Shown: positions 24,401 to 36,748, counted from the first letter of the stretch. The stretch: 64,000 nucleotides of DNA from Escherichia coli (GCF_013122565.1 NZ_CP053258.1), one strand, 5' to 3'. The notes: a model not told the origin generated them from the letters alone. Translations and numbers: made by a program.

Positions 24401-24928
24401 ATGGATGATCTGACGATAGAGATTCTGACCGATGATGCAGATTATGATCTACAGCGATTCGACTGCGGCGAGGAAGCGTTAAATCTCTTTCTGACGACAC
24501 ATCTAGTTCGTCAACATCGCAACAAAATTCTGCGAGCGTATATCCTTTGTCGCAACACTCCAGAACGTCAGGTGCTGGGATATTACACATTATCCGGCAG
24601 TTGTTTTGAACGAGCCGCATTGCCCTCGAAATCGAAACAGAAAAAAATTCCCTACAAAAATATTCCCAGCGTCACTCTTGGGCGTATGGCAATTGATCGT
24701 TCATTACAGGGGCAGGGATGGGGAGCAACACTGGTTGCTCATGCCATGAAAGTCGTCTGGTCAGCCTCTTTAGCAGTAGGTATTCATGGTCTTTTTGTAG
24801 AGGCGCTGAATGAAAAAGCCCATACGTTTTATAAATCGCTGGGCTTTATCCCGTTGGTCGGAGAAAACGAAAATGCGTTATTTTTCCCAACCAAATCCAT
24901 TGAACTGCTTTTTACACAGAGCGATTAA
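24401..24928 (+). CDS. GNAT-family acetyltransferase toxin (AtaT/TacT/ItaT-like, tRNA-acetylating type)
   Basis: 175 aa with acetyl-CoA-binding RMAIDRSLQGQGWGATLV motif; paired with the upstream DUF1778 ORF. Confidence 0.7.
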   Translation: MDDLTIEILTDDADYDLQRFDCGEEALNLFLTTHLVRQHRNKILRAYILCRNTPERQVLGYYTLSGSCFERAALPSKSKQKKIPYKNIPSVTLGRMAIDRSLQGQGWGATLVAHAMKVVWSASLAVGIHGLFVEALNEKAHTFYKSLGFIPLVGENENALFFPTKSIELLFTQSD

Positions 24929-25308
24929 CGCTTCTCCCAGCCGCCCTGTTGTGCCGTAAACCCCAGTGCCTGCATAAACGCTGTCATCACACCGCGATCT
25001 TCCACGCCTGCATCCGCCATCCACCAGCATGAAACGCCAGGATTGTTACGCAAAACCTCTTCCAGCAGATATTGCCCCACACCGCGACGGCGGGTGACTT
25101 CCCGCACGCGTAGAGATTCTAGTGCCCCCTCGGTGCCGCTTAAGGTTACCCGCACGGCCGCAAGCAGGCGCTCGTTAAAACGCGCGGCGTAGATGCGGTG
25201 GTTATCGTCAACCTGTAAAGAGGAAGGGGAATACTCCGGCCAGATCTTTTGCAGGTCAATCCGGTCCTGGTCGCTAAAGTTTTCTAATCGAATGATGGTC
25301 AGCTTCAT
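24925..25308 (-). CDS. panM: PanD maturation factor PanM/PanZ
   Basis: 127 aa GNAT-fold protein at the expected position between livJ and livK. Confidence 0.88.
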   Translation of the reverse strand: MKLTIIRLENFSDQDRIDLQKIWPEYSPSSLQVDDNHRIYAARFNERLLAAVRVTLSGTEGALESLRVREVTRRRGVGQYLLEEVLRNNPGVSCWWMADAGVEDRGVMTAFMQALGFTAQQGGWEKR

Positions 25309-25731
25309 GGGTAACCCGTGTAAATCACAAAAGTGGAACCAGTGTAGCGAAATAATTTAATCGGAGGCTTTCTCTTTTTTCTTTCTTTTGGCAGGTGATT
25401 AATTTTTTAACAGCAATAATTACAAAGTTAAAACATTAGAGAATGAAAAATACCCAGCATAATCCCCTGAATAGTAGTGAATTATTCCGCCCTTTGTGCC
25501 GTTATTTTATGCTGACAAAGGCACTTTTTTCTGTTTATCTATCAATAAATTCAGAATATTATCTGTTCTTAATCGACTGAAAAATAGGGATTTTAATCGC
25601 TATTATCACAAAATACTGCGCTAAACCCTTAATCAGACAGGCAAAAACAGTGCAGTATAAAAAAAGAACAGTCTGATTTGTTAACACATAAAAACAAAGC
25701 AACACAACATCACGAATGGGGATTTTTGACT

Positions 25732-26841
25732 ATGAAACGGAATGCGAAAACTATCATCGCAGGGATGATTGCACTGGCAATTTCACACACCGCTATAGCT
25801 GACGATATTAAAGTCGCCGTTGTCGGCGCGATGTCCGGCCCGATTGCCCAGTGGGGCGATATGGAATTTAACGGCGCGCGTCAGGCGATTAAAGACATTA
25901 ATGCCAAAGGGGGAATTAAGGGCGACAAGCTGGTGGGCGTGGAATATGACGACGCCTGCGACCCGAAACAAGCCGTTGCGGTCGCCAACAAAATCGTTAA
26001 CGACGGCATTAAATACGTTATTGGTCATCTGTGTTCTTCTTCTACCCAACCTGCATCAGATATTTACGAAGACGAAGGTATTCTGATGATCTCGCCGGGA
26101 GCGACCAACCCGGAGCTGACTCAACGCGGTTATCAACACATTATGCGTACTGCCGGGCTGGACTCTTCCCAGGGGCCAACGGCGGCAAAATACATTCTTG
26201 AGACGGTGAAGCCCCAGCGCATCGCCATCATTCACGACAAACAACAGTATGGCGAAGGGCTGGCACGTTCGGTGCAGGACGGGCTGAAAGCGGCTAACGC
26301 CAACGTCGTCTTCTTCGACGGCATTACCGCTGGCGAGAAAGATTTCTCCGCGCTGATCGCCCGCCTGAAAAAAGAAAACATCGACTTCGTTTATTACGGC
26401 GGTTACTACCCGGAAATGGGGCAGATGCTGCGCCAGGCCCGTTCCGTTGGCCTGAAAACCCAGTTTATGGGGCCGGAAGGTGTGGGTAATGCGTCGCTGT
26501 CGAATATTGCTGGCGATGCTGCCGAAGGCATGTTGGTCACTATGCCAAAACGCTATGACCAGGATCCGGCAAACAAAGGCATCGTTGATGCGCTGAAAGC
26601 AGACAAGAAAGATCCGTCCGGGCCTTATGTTTGGATCACTTATGCGGCGGTGCAATCTCTGGCGACTGCCCTTGAGCGTACCGGCAGCGATGAGCCGCTG
26701 GCGCTGGTGAAAGATTTAAAAGCTAACGGTGCAAACACCGTGATTGGGCCGCTGAACTGGGATGAAAAAGGCGATCTTAAGGGATTTGATTTTGGTGTCT
26801 TCCAGTGGCACGCCGACGGTTCATCCACGGCAGCCAAGTGA
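25732..26841 (+). CDS. livK: Periplasmic leucine-specific binding protein LivK
   Basis: 369 aa from the MKRNAK Met with signal peptide. Confidence 0.92.
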   Translation: MKRNAKTIIAGMIALAISHTAIADDIKVAVVGAMSGPIAQWGDMEFNGARQAIKDINAKGGIKGDKLVGVEYDDACDPKQAVAVANKIVNDGIKYVIGHLCSSSTQPASDIYEDEGILMISPGATNPELTQRGYQHIMRTAGLDSSQGPTAAKYILETVKPQRIAIIHDKQQYGEGLARSVQDGLKAANANVVFFDGITAGEKDFSALIARLKKENIDFVYYGGYYPEMGQMLRQARSVGLKTQFMGPEGVGNASLSNIAGDAAEGMLVTMPKRYDQDPANKGIVDALKADKKDPSGPYVWITYAAVQSLATALERTGSDEPLALVKDLKANGANTVIGPLNWDEKGDLKGFDFGVFQWHADGSSTAAK

Positions 26842-26849
26842 TCATCCCA

Positions 26850-26874
26850 CCGCCCGTGAAATGCGGGCGGGTTT
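26850..26874 (+). terminator. Hairpin after livK (ccgcccg...cgggcgg), possible attenuating terminator
   Basis: Inverted repeat followed by a short T-run. Confidence 0.4.
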
Positions 26875-26888
26875 AGAAAGGTTACCTT

Positions 26889-27815
26889 ATGTCTGAGCAG
26901 TTTTTATATTTCTTGCAGCAGATGTTTAACGGCGTCACGCTGGGCAGTACCTACGCGCTGATAGCCATCGGCTACACCATGGTTTACGGCATTATCGGCA
27001 TGATCAACTTCGCCCACGGCGAGGTTTACATGATCGGCAGCTACGTCTCATTTATGATCATCGCCGCACTGATGATGCTGGGCATTGATACCGGCTGGCT
27101 GCTGGTGGCGGCGGGATTCGTCGGCGCAATCGTCATCGCCAGCGCCTACGGCTGGAGTATCGAACGGGTGGCCTATCGCCCGGTGCGCAACTCCAAGCGC
27201 CTGATTGCGCTCATCTCGGCAATCGGTATGTCCATCTTCCTGCAAAACTACGTCAGCCTGACCGAAGGTTCGCGCGACGTGGCGCTGCCGAGCCTGTTTA
27301 ACGGGCAGTGGGTGGTGGGCCATAGCGAAAACTTCTCTGCCTCTATTACCACCATGCAGGCGGTGATCTGGATTGTTACTTTCCTCGCCATGCTGGCGCT
27401 GACGATTTTCATTCGTTATTCCCGTATGGGGCGCGCCTGCCGTGCCTGCGCGGAAGATCTGAAAATGGCGAGTCTGCTTGGCATTAACACCGACCGGGTG
27501 ATTGCGCTGACCTTTGTGATTGGTGCGGCGATGGCGGCGGTGGCGGGCGTACTGCTCGGTCAGTTCTACGGTGTGATTAACCCCTATATCGGCTTTATGG
27601 CCGGGATGAAAGCCTTTACCGCTGCGGTGCTCGGTGGGATTGGCAGCATTCCGGGAGCGATGATTGGCGGGCTGATCCTGGGGATTGCGGAGGCGCTCTC
27701 TTCTGCCTATCTGAGTACGGAATATAAAGATGTGGTCTCATTCGCCCTGCTGATCCTGGTGCTGTTGGTGATGCCGACCGGTATTCTGGGTCGCCCGGAG
27801 GTAGAGAAAGTATGA
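26889..27815 (+). CDS. livH: Branched-chain amino-acid ABC permease LivH
   Basis: 308 aa multi-TM permease. Confidence 0.93.
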   Translation: MSEQFLYFLQQMFNGVTLGSTYALIAIGYTMVYGIIGMINFAHGEVYMIGSYVSFMIIAALMMLGIDTGWLLVAAGFVGAIVIASAYGWSIERVAYRPVRNSKRLIALISAIGMSIFLQNYVSLTEGSRDVALPSLFNGQWVVGHSENFSASITTMQAVIWIVTFLAMLALTIFIRYSRMGRACRACAEDLKMASLLGINTDRVIALTFVIGAAMAAVAGVLLGQFYGVINPYIGFMAGMKAFTAAVLGGIGSIPGAMIGGLILGIAEALSSAYLSTEYKDVVSFALLILVLLVMPTGILGRPEVEKV

Positions 27816-29089
27816 AACCGATGCATATTGCAATGGCGCTGCTCTCTGCCGCGATGTTTTTTGTCCTGGCGGGCGTCTTTATGGGCGTGCAACTGGAGCT
27901 GGATGGCACCAAACTGGTGGTCGATAGCGCTTCGGATGTCCGTTGGCAGTGGGTGTTTATCGGCACGGCGGTGGTCTTTTTCTTCCAGCTTTTGCGACCG
28001 GCTTTCCAGAAAGGGCTGAAAAGCGTTTCCGGACCGAAGTTTATTCTGCCCGCGATTGATGGCTCCACGGTGAAACAGAAACTGTTCCTCGTGGCGCTGT
28101 TGGTGCTTGCGGTGGCGTGGCCGTTTATGGTGTCGCGCGGGACGGTGGATATCGCCACCCTGACCATGATCTACATTATCCTCGGCCTCGGGCTGAACGT
28201 GGTTGTTGGTCTTTCTGGTCTGCTGGTGCTGGGGTACGGCGGCTTTTACGCCATCGGCGCTTACACCTTTGCGCTGCTCAATCACTATTACGGCCTGGGC
28301 TTCTGGACCTGTCTGCCGATTGCCGGGTTAATGGCAGCGGCGGCGGGCTTCCTGCTCGGCTTCCCGGTGTTGCGTTTACGTGGCGACTATCTGGCGATCG
28401 TTACCCTCGGTTTCGGCGAAATTGTGCGCATATTGCTGCTCAATAACACTGAAATCACCGGTGGCCCGAACGGAATTAGTCAGATCCCGAAACCGACTTT
28501 CTTCGGCCTCGAGTTCAGCCGTACCGCCCGCGAAGGCGGCTGGGACACGTTCAGTAATTTCTTTGGCCTGAAATACGATCCCTCCGATCGCGTTATCTTC
28601 CTGTACCTGGTGGCGTTGCTGCTGGTGGTATTAAGCCTGTTTGTCATTAACCGCCTGCTGCGGATGCCGCTGGGCCGTGCGTGGGAAGCGTTGCGTGAAG
28701 ACGAGATCGCCTGCCGTTCGCTGGGCTTAAGCCCGCGTCGTATCAAGCTGACTGCCTTTACCATCAGCGCCGCGTTTGCCGGTTTTGCCGGAACGCTGTT
28801 TGCGGCGCGTCAGGGCTTTGTCAGCCCGGAATCCTTCACCTTTGCTGAATCAGCCTTTGTGCTGGCGATAGTGGTGCTCGGCGGTATGGGCTCGCAATTT
28901 GCGGTAATTCTGGCGGCAATTTTGCTGGTGGTGTCGCGCGAATTGATGCGTGATTTCAACGAATACAGCATGTTAATGCTCGGTGGTTTGATGGTGCTGA
29001 TGATGATCTGGCGTCCGCAGGGCTTGCTGCCCATGACGCGCCCGCAACTCAAGCTGAAAAACGGCGCAGCAAAAGGAGAGCAGGCATGA
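27812..29089 (+). CDS. livM: Branched-chain amino-acid ABC permease LivM
   Basis: 425 aa multi-TM permease; overlaps livH and livG. Confidence 0.93.
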   Translation: MKPMHIAMALLSAAMFFVLAGVFMGVQLELDGTKLVVDSASDVRWQWVFIGTAVVFFFQLLRPAFQKGLKSVSGPKFILPAIDGSTVKQKLFLVALLVLAVAWPFMVSRGTVDIATLTMIYIILGLGLNVVVGLSGLLVLGYGGFYAIGAYTFALLNHYYGLGFWTCLPIAGLMAAAAGFLLGFPVLRLRGDYLAIVTLGFGEIVRILLLNNTEITGGPNGISQIPKPTFFGLEFSRTAREGGWDTFSNFFGLKYDPSDRVIFLYLVALLLVVLSLFVINRLLRMPLGRAWEALREDEIACRSLGLSPRRIKLTAFTISAAFAGFAGTLFAARQGFVSPESFTFAESAFVLAIVVLGGMGSQFAVILAAILLVVSRELMRDFNEYSMLMLGGLMVLMMIWRPQGLLPMTRPQLKLKNGAAKGEQA

Positions 29090-29853
29090 GTCAGCCATTA
29101 TTATCTGTTAACGGTCTGATGATGCGCTTCGGCGGCCTGCTGGCGGTGAACAACGTCAATCTTGAGCTGTACCCGCAGGAGATCGTCTCGTTAATCGGCC
29201 CTAACGGTGCCGGAAAAACCACGGTTTTTAACTGTCTGACCGGATTCTACAAACCCACCGGCGGCACCATTTTACTGCGCGATCAGCACCTGGAAGGTTT
29301 ACCGGGGCAGCAAATTGCCCGCATGGGCGTGGTGCGCACCTTCCAGCATGTGCGTCTGTTCCGTGAAATGACGGTAATTGAAAACCTGCTGGTGGCACAG
29401 CATCAGCAACTGAAAACCGGGCTGTTCTCTGGCCTGTTGAAAACGCCTTCTTTCCGTCGCGCCCAGAGCGAAGCGCTCGACCGCGCCGCCACCTGGCTTG
29501 AGCGCATTGGTTTGCTGGAACACGCCAACCGTCAGGCGAGCAACCTGGCCTATGGCGACCAGCGTCGTCTGGAGATCGCCCGCTGCATGGTGACGCAGCC
29601 GGAGATTTTAATGCTCGACGAACCGGCAGCGGGTCTTAACCCGAAAGAGACGAAAGAGCTGGATGAGCTGATTGCCGAACTGCGTAACCATCACAACACC
29701 ACTATCTTGTTGATTGAACACGATATGAAGCTGGTGATGGGGATTTCAGACAGAATTTACGTGGTCAACCAGGGGACGCCGCTGGCAAACGGTACGCCGG
29801 AGCAGATCCGTAATAACCCGGACGTGATCCGTGCCTATTTAGGTGAGGCATAA
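29086..29853 (+). CDS. livG: Branched-chain amino-acid ABC ATPase LivG
   Basis: 255 aa, Walker [10 protein letters not shown]. Confidence 0.93.
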   Translation: MSQPLLSVNGLMMRFGGLLAVNNVNLELYPQEIVSLIGPNGAGKTTVFNCLTGFYKPTGGTILLRDQHLEGLPGQQIARMGVVRTFQHVRLFREMTVIENLLVAQHQQLKTGLFSGLLKTPSFRRAQSEALDRAATWLERIGLLEHANRQASNLAYGDQRRLEIARCMVTQPEILMLDEPAAGLNPKETKELDELIAELRNHHNTTILLIEHDMKLVMGISDRIYVVNQGTPLANGTPEQIRNNPDVIRAYLGEA

Positions 29854-29854
29854 G

Positions 29855-30568
29855 ATGGAAAAAGTCATGTTGTCCTTTGACAAAGTCAGCGCCCACTACG
29901 GTAAAATCCAGGCGCTGCATGAGGTGAGCCTGCATATCAATCAGGGCGAGATTGTTACCCTGATTGGCGCGAACGGGGCGGGAAAAACCACCTTGCTCGG
30001 CACATTATGCGGCGATCCGCGCGCCACCAGCGGGCGAATTGTGTTTGATGATAAAGACATTACCGACTGGCAGACGGCGAAAATCATGCGCGAAGCGGTA
30101 GCGATTGTCCCGGAAGGGCGTCGCGTCTTCTCGCGCATGACGGTGGAAGAGAATCTGGCGATGGGCGGCTTTTTTGCCGAACGCGACCAGTTTCAGGAGC
30201 GCATAAAGTGGGTATATGAACTGTTTCCACGTCTGCATGAGCGCCGTGTTCAGCGGGCAGGCACCATGTCCGGCGGTGAGCAGCAGATGCTGGCGATTGG
30301 TCGCGCGCTGATGAGCAATCCGCGTTTGTTGTTACTTGATGAGCCATCGCTCGGTCTTGCGCCGATTATCATCCAGCAAATTTTCGACACCATCGAGCAG
30401 CTGCGCGAGCAGGGGATGACTATCTTCCTCGTCGAGCAGAACGCCAACCAGGCGCTGAAGCTGGCGGATCGCGGCTACGTGCTGGAAAACGGTCATGTGG
30501 TGCTTTCCGATACCGGCGACGCGCTACTGGCGAACGAAGCGGTGAGAAGCGCGTATTTGGGCGGGTGA
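29855..30568 (+). CDS. livF: Branched-chain amino-acid ABC ATPase LivF
   Basis: 237 aa from the MEKVML Met, Walker A GANGAGKTT. Confidence 0.93.
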   Translation: MEKVMLSFDKVSAHYGKIQALHEVSLHINQGEIVTLIGANGAGKTTLLGTLCGDPRATSGRIVFDDKDITDWQTAKIMREAVAIVPEGRRVFSRMTVEENLAMGGFFAERDQFQERIKWVYELFPRLHERRVQRAGTMSGGEQQMLAIGRALMSNPRLLLLDEPSLGLAPIIIQQIFDTIEQLREQGMTIFLVEQNANQALKLADRGYVLENGHVVLSDTGDALLANEAVRSAYLGG

Positions 30569-30686
30569 TTTATCAATAACCCGGCAGCTAAGTTCTGCCG
30601 GGTTATTTGTCTGTATACAGACTTGTTTCAACTGACCGGGAGGATTAAAAACTGTCCACTTATTTGCCACGGAAAGGTTCCCTCCC

Positions 30687-31433
30687 ATGCATTATGCCGT
30701 TGTCGCCATGCTTGAAATGCTTTGCTGTATCCACGCTTACCGTACCGGACAAGAGCGATATTGGTTTTTTATCATCTTCTGTTTTCCAGTGATTGGCTGC
30801 GTAGCGTATTTTGTCATGGTGATGCTGCCAGAAACGGGCGCTGACCGTCACGGGCGTACCTTTCTGATGCGCCTGCAGAACAAACTCAACCCTGAGCGCC
30901 ACCTGCGCAAATTAACCGAAGAACTGGCGATTGCCGAGACGAATCAAAACCATTATGCGTTGGCTAATGAACTGGCGCGTCTGGGGCGTTATCACGAAGC
31001 CGTTCCCCATTATCAGCAGGCGTTAAGCGGGATATTCGCCCATGAAGCGGCAATGATGCTAAGCCTGGCGCAGGCACAGTTTGCTATTCAGGAGTTTGCC
31101 GCCTGTCAGCAGACGCTGGAAGATGTGATGCGTTATAACCCTGATTTTCAGTCGGCAGACGGGCATTTGTTATTTGCCAGAACGTTAGCCGCACAAGAAA
31201 AATACGCTGATGCGGAAAGTGAGTTTGAAGTGTTGGTTTCTTATTACCCCGGCCCGCAGGCGCGTATTTACTATGCGGAAATGCTGGCGAAAATGAGTCG
31301 GTTACGTGAAGCCAACGAGCAGTATGTTGCTGTAGTTGATACGGCTAAACGCTCAAGACCTCATTATAGAAAACACCACCGGGAATGGATTAAGACCGCC
31401 AATGAACGGTTGAAGCAGAGTGTGGTGCAATGA
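30687..31433 (+). CDS. Hypothetical membrane protein: N-terminal PLDc_N-like two-TM domain plus cytoplasmic helical (TPR-like) repeat domain
   Basis: 248-aa ORF; N-terminus YWFFIIFCFPVIGCVAYFVMV resembles the PLD-nuclease N-terminal domain family; C-terminus predicted helical. Confidence 0.55.
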   Translation: MHYAVVAMLEMLCCIHAYRTGQERYWFFIIFCFPVIGCVAYFVMVMLPETGADRHGRTFLMRLQNKLNPERHLRKLTEELAIAETNQNHYALANELARLGRYHEAVPHYQQALSGIFAHEAAMMLSLAQAQFAIQEFAACQQTLEDVMRYNPDFQSADGHLLFARTLAAQEKYADAESEFEVLVSYYPGPQARIYYAEMLAKMSRLREANEQYVAVVDTAKRSRPHYRKHHREWIKTANERLKQSVVQ

Positions 31434-31654
31434 AAATCTTCTTTGCCGTTAGGCCAGTGTCGCGGCAATCTTTTGTTAAAATTGAAAAATGTAGCTTTCA
31501 TCGGGCAGCAAAACTGGACGCAGAATTTGCTGCCATTTTTGCTCTTCATGGTAAGGAGTTCTGGCGATTAGCTGGCCGTTAATCGCCTCTTTTCAGTGCA
31601 TTCTCGGGATATCCGTGCCCCATCTCCCATTTTCCCTCACCCGTACCGTCACCG

Positions 31655-31735
31655 CCTTGTCATCTTTCTGACACCTTACTATCTTACAAATGTAACAAAA
31701 AAGTTATTTTTCTGTAATTCGAGCATGTCATGTTA
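31655..31735 (+). promoter_or_regulatory. ugpB promoter region with Pho-box-like repeats
   Basis: cttgtcatctttctgacacc and ctgtaattcgagcatgtcatg resemble the PhoB consensus CTGTCAT-N4-CTGTCAT. Confidence 0.5.
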
Positions 31736-31792
31736 CCCCGCGAGCATAAAACGCGTGAATTCGCGCATTCGGTACAACAAGAGAGATAAACG

Positions 31793-33109
31793 ATGAAACC
31801 GTTACATTATACAGCTTCAGCACTGGCGCTCGGACTGGCGTTAATGGGGAATGCACAGGCAGTGACGACCATTCCGTTCTGGCATTCTATGGAAGGGGAA
31901 CTGGGTAAAGAGGTGGATTCTCTGGCCCAACGTTTTAACGCCGAAAACCCGGATTACAAAATTGTACCGACCTATAAAGGCAACTACGAACAGAATTTAA
32001 GCGCGGGGATTGCCGCATTTCGTACTGGCAACGCTCCGGCTATTTTGCAGGTTTATGAAGTTGGCACCGCCACCATGATGGCATCCAAAGCCATTAAACC
32101 GGTATATGACGTGTTTAAAGAGGCGGGGATTCAATTCGATGAGTCGCAGTTTGTGCCGACGGTTTCCGGTTACTACTCCGACAGCAAAACGGGCCACTTA
32201 CTCTCCCAGCCGTTCAACAGCTCGACTCCCGTTCTCTATTACAACAAAGACGCCTTCAAGAAAGCGGGGTTAGACCCGGAACAGCCGCCGAAAACCTGGC
32301 AGGATCTGGCGGACTATGCCGCAAAACTGAAAGCCTCCGGAATGAAGTGCGGCTACGCCAGCGGCTGGCAGGGCTGGATCCAACTGGAAAACTTTAGCGC
32401 CTGGAACGGTCTGCCGTTTGCCAGCAAAAACAACGGCTTTGACGGCACGGATGCGGTGCTGGAGTTCAACAAGCCGGAGCAGGTGAAACACATCGCCATG
32501 CTCGAAGAGATGAACAAGAAGGGCGATTTCAGCTACGTCGGGCGTAAGGATGAATCCACCGAGAAGTTCTATAACGGTGATTGCGCGATGACCACCGCCT
32601 CTTCCGGTTCTCTCGCTAATATTCGTGAGTACGCCAAATTTAACTATGGCGTAGGCATGATGCCTTACGACGCCGATGCGAAAGATGCACCGCAAAACGC
32701 CATTATCGGCGGGGCCAGCCTGTGGGTGATGCAGGGCAAAGATAAAGAAACGTATACCGGCGTGGCGAAGTTCCTCGACTTCCTCGCGAAGCCAGAAAAC
32801 GCTGCCGAGTGGCATCAGAAAACCGGTTATCTGCCAATCACCAAAGCAGCGTATGACCTGACCCGTGAGCAGGGCTTTTATGAGAAAAACCCAGGGGCGG
32901 ATACCGCGACGCGTCAGATGCTGAACAAGCCGCCGTTGCCGTTCACCAAAGGGCTGCGTCTGGGCAACATGCCGCAGACCCGCGTGATTGTGGATGAAGA
33001 GCTGGAGAGCGTGTGGACCGGTAAGAAGACACCACAGCAGGCACTGGATACCGCCGTTGAGCGTGGGAACCAGTTACTGCGCCGCTTTGAGCAGTCTACG
33101 AAGTCTTAA
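31793..33109 (+). CDS. ugpB: Periplasmic sn-glycerol-3-phosphate-binding protein UgpB
   Basis: 438 aa with signal peptide. Confidence 0.93.
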   Translation: MKPLHYTASALALGLALMGNAQAVTTIPFWHSMEGELGKEVDSLAQRFNAENPDYKIVPTYKGNYEQNLSAGIAAFRTGNAPAILQVYEVGTATMMASKAIKPVYDVFKEAGIQFDESQFVPTVSGYYSDSKTGHLLSQPFNSSTPVLYYNKDAFKKAGLDPEQPPKTWQDLADYAAKLKASGMKCGYASGWQGWIQLENFSAWNGLPFASKNNGFDGTDAVLEFNKPEQVKHIAMLEEMNKKGDFSYVGRKDESTEKFYNGDCAMTTASSGSLANIREYAKFNYGVGMMPYDADAKDAPQNAIIGGASLWVMQGKDKETYTGVAKFLDFLAKPENAAEWHQKTGYLPITKAAYDLTREQGFYEKNPGADTATRQMLNKPPLPFTKGLRLGNMPQTRVIVDEELESVWTGKKTPQQALDTAVERGNQLLRRFEQSTKS

Positions 33110-33116
33110 TCAGTGT

Positions 33117-33188
33117 AATGTCGGATGCGTTTCGCTTATCTGACCTGGCATCGCGTGTAGGCCGGATAAGCGAAGCGCATCCGGCACA
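33117..33188. repeat. REP-type palindromic element between ugpB and ugpA
   Basis: gtaggccggataagcgaagcgcatccggca read directly. Confidence 0.65.
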
Positions 33189-33206
33189 GTTCAGGAATTA
33201 ACCGTA

Positions 33207-34094
33207 ATGTCATCATCCCGTCCGGTGTTCCGCTCGCGCTGGCTGCCTTATCTGCTGGTCGCGCCGCAGCTCATCATCACCGTTATCTTTTTTATCTGGC
33301 CTGCGGGCGAAGCGTTGTGGTACTCGCTGCAAAGCGTCGATCCGTTTGGTTTCTCCAGCCAGTTTGTCGGCCTGGATAACTTCGTCGCGCTGTTTCATGA
33401 CAGCTACTATATCGACTCCTTCTGGACGACGATAAAATTCAGCACCTTTGTCACCGTCAGCGGTTTGCTGGTGTCACTGTTCTTCGCGGCGTTGGTGGAG
33501 TACATCGTGCGCGGCAGCCGTTTCTATCAAACCTTGATGCTGCTGCCGTATGCCGTGGCTCCCGCCGTTGCTGCCGTATTGTGGATCTTCCTGTTTAACC
33601 CCGGTCGCGGGCTGATCACCCATTTTCTCGCTGAGTTCGGCTACGACTGGAACCACGCGCAAAACAGCGGTCAGGCAATGTTTCTGGTGGTGTTTGCCTC
33701 GGTGTGGAAGCAAATCAGCTACAACTTTCTGTTCTTCTATGCCGCGCTGCACTCCATTCCCCGTTCGTTGATTGAAGCCGCAGCTATTGACGGCGCAGGG
33801 CCGATTCGCCGCTTCTTTAAGATTGCTCTGCCGCTTATCGCTCCGGTGAGTTTCTTCCTGCTGGTGGTGAACCTGGTGTACGCCTTCTTCGACACCTTCC
33901 CGGTGATCGACGCCGCCACGTCCGGCGGGCCGGTTCAGGCCACCACTACGCTGATTTATAAGATCTACCGCGAAGGCTTTACCGGACTGGATCTGGCTTC
34001 GTCTGCCGCGCAGTCGGTGGTGTTGATGTTCCTCGTCATCGTGCTGACGGTGGTGCAGTTCCGCTATGTTGAAAGCAAGGTGCGTTACCAATGA
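33207..34094 (+). CDS. ugpA: G3P ABC permease UgpA
   Basis: 295 aa multi-TM permease. Confidence 0.93.
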
Positions 34095-34936
34095 TTGAGA
34101 ACCGTCCATGGCTGACAATATTCAGCCATACCATGCTGATCCTCGGGATCGCGGTGATCCTCTTCCCGCTGTACGTGGCGTTTGTCGCGGCGACGCTGGA
34201 TAAACAGGCCGTCTACGCCGCGCCGATGACGCTAATCCCCGGCACGCATCTGCTGGAAAACATCCACAACATCTGGGTAAACGGGGTAGGCACGAATAGT
34301 GCGCCGTTCTGGCGGATGTTACTTAACAGCTTCGTGATGGCGTTCAGCATCACGCTCGGCAAAATTACCGTCTCGATGCTCTCGGCATTTGCCATTGTCT
34401 GGTTTCGTTTTCCACTACGTAACCTCTTCTTCTGGATGATTTTTATCACCCTGATGTTGCCGGTTGAAGTACGTATCTTCCCGACGGTGGAAGTCATCGC
34501 CAACCTGAAGATGCTCGACAGCTACGCAGGTTTAACGCTGCCGCTGATGGCCTCGGCGACCGCGACGTTTCTTTTCCGCCAGTTCTTTATGACCCTACCG
34601 GATGAACTGGTGGAAGCCGCGCGGATCGACGGCGCGTCGCCAATGCGCTTCTTTTGCGACATCGTTTTTCCGTTGTCCAAAACTAATCTGGCGGCGTTGT
34701 TTGTGATCACCTTTATTTACGGCTGGAACCAGTATTTGTGGCCGTTGTTGATTATTACCGACGTGGATCTCGGCACCACCGTGGCAGGGATCAAAGGGAT
34801 GATCGCCACTGGCGAAGGCACCACAGAATGGAACTCGGTGATGGCTGCGATGTTGTTAACGCTGATCCCTCCGGTGGTGATTGTTTTAGTGATGCAGCGT
34901 GCCTTCGTGCGCGGCCTGGTCGATAGTGAGAAATAA
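34091..34936 (+). CDS. ugpE: G3P ABC permease UgpE
   Basis: 281 aa multi-TM permease. Confidence 0.93.
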
Positions 34937-34937
34937 G

Positions 34938-36008
34938 ATGGCAGGACTGAAATTACAGGCAGTAACCAAAAGCTGGGATGGCAAAACCCAGGTGATTAAA
35001 CCGCTGACCCTTGATGTGGCGGATGGCGAATTTATCGTGATGGTCGGGCCGTCTGGCTGCGGGAAATCGACGCTGCTGCGCATGGTTGCCGGGCTGGAGC
35101 GGGTGACCGAAGGCGATATCTGGATCGACCGCAAGCGTGTCACCGAAATGGAGCCGAAAGATCGCGGGATTGCGATGGTGTTCCAGAACTACGCGCTTTA
35201 TCCGCATATGAGTGTTGAAGAAAACATGGCGTGGGGGCTGAAAATTCGCGGCATGGGCAAGCAGCAAATTGCCGAACGGGTTAAAGAAGCGGCGCGTATT
35301 CTGGAGCTGGACGGCCTGCTCAAACGTCGCCCGCGCGAGCTATCTGGCGGTCAGCGCCAGCGTGTGGCGATGGGCCGCGCGATTGTGCGCGATCCGGCGG
35401 TGTTCTTGTTTGATGAGCCGCTCTCTAACCTCGATGCCAAGCTGCGCGTGCAGATGCGTCTTGAACTGCAACAGCTGCACCGTCGCCTGAAAACGACTTC
35501 ACTCTACGTTACTCATGATCAGGTTGAGGCGATGACGCTCGCCCAGCGAGTAATGGTGATGAACGGCGGCGTTGCCGAACAGATTGGCACGCCAGTGGAA
35601 GTTTACGAAAAGCCCGCCAGCCTGTTTGTAGCGAGTTTTATCGGCAGTCCGGCGATGAACCTGCTGACAGGCCGCGTGAATAATGAAGGCACGCATTTCG
35701 AACTGGACGGCGGTATTGTGCTGCCGCTAAACGGTGGCTACCGTCAGTATGCCGGGCGTAAAATGACTCTCGGCATTCGCCCGGAACATATAGCGCTAAG
35801 CTCGCAGGCAGAAGGTGGTGTGCCGCTGGTGATGGACACGCTGGAGATCCTCGGCGCTGATAACCTGGCGCACGGACGCTGGGGCGAACAGAAGCTGGTG
35901 GTACGGCTGGCGCATCAGGAGCGCCCGACGGCAGGCAGCACGCTGTGGCTGCATCTGGCGGAAAATCAGCTGCATCTTTTTGATGGTGAAACAGGACAAC
36001 GAGTATGA
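34938..36008 (+). CDS. ugpC: G3P ABC ATPase UgpC
   Basis: 356 aa from the MAGLKL Met, Walker [10 protein letters not shown]. Confidence 0.92.
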   Translation: MAGLKLQAVTKSWDGKTQVIKPLTLDVADGEFIVMVGPSGCGKSTLLRMVAGLERVTEGDIWIDRKRVTEMEPKDRGIAMVFQNYALYPHMSVEENMAWGLKIRGMGKQQIAERVKEAARILELDGLLKRRPRELSGGQRQRVAMGRAIVRDPAVFLFDEPLSNLDAKLRVQMRLELQQLHRRLKTTSLYVTHDQVEAMTLAQRVMVMNGGVAEQIGTPVEVYEKPASLFVASFIGSPAMNLLTGRVNNEGTHFELDGGIVLPLNGGYRQYAGRKMTLGIRPEHIALSSQAEGGVPLVMDTLEILGADNLAHGRWGEQKLVVRLAHQERPTAGSTLWLHLAENQLHLFDGETGQRV

Positions 36009-36748
36009 GTAACTGGCCTTATCCCCGCATCGTCGCTCATCGTGGCGGCGGTAAGCTGGCCCCCGAAAACACCCTGGCGGCAATCGACGTCGGGGCAAAA
36101 TACGGTCATAAGATGATCGAATTTGACGCGAAGTTATCGAAAGATGGCGAGATCTTTCTGCTCCATGATGACAACCTCGAACGCACCAGCAACGGCTGGG
36201 GCGTCGCGGGTGAACTGAACTGGCAGGATTTACTGCGCGTGGATGCGGGCAGTTGGTACAGCAAAGTGTTTAAAGGTGAGCCGCTGCCGTTGCTTTCGCA
36301 GGTGGCGGAACGCTGTCGTGAACACGGGATGATGGCGAATATCGAAATCAAACCCACCACTGGCACTGGACCATTAACGGGCAAAATGGTGGCGCTGGCG
36401 GCACGCGAACTGTGGGGCGGTATGACGCCGCCGCTGCTGTCATCGTTCGAAATTGATGCTTTAGAAGCCGCACAGCTGGCGGCACCGGAACTGCCGCGTG
36501 GTTTATTGCTTGATGAATGGCGCGACGACTGGCGAGAACTGACCGCGCGGCTGGGCTGCGTCTCTATTCATCTCAATCATAAGTTACTCGATAAAGCGCG
36601 AGTGATGCAGTTGAAAGACGCCGGATTACGGATTCTGGTTTATACCGTCAATAAACCCCAGCGCGCGGCAGAGTTGCTGCGCTGGGGCGTGGATTGCATC
36701 TGTACCGATGCGATTGACGTGATTGGTCCGAACTTTACGGCCCAATAG
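36005..36748 (+). CDS. ugpQ: Glycerophosphodiester phosphodiesterase UgpQ
   Basis: 247 aa with HRGG active-site motif. Confidence 0.92.

Noticed and set aside
33474-34118. 214-aa ORF on the - strand
   Set aside because: Antisense to ugpA; His/Gln/Arg-rich low-complexity translation.
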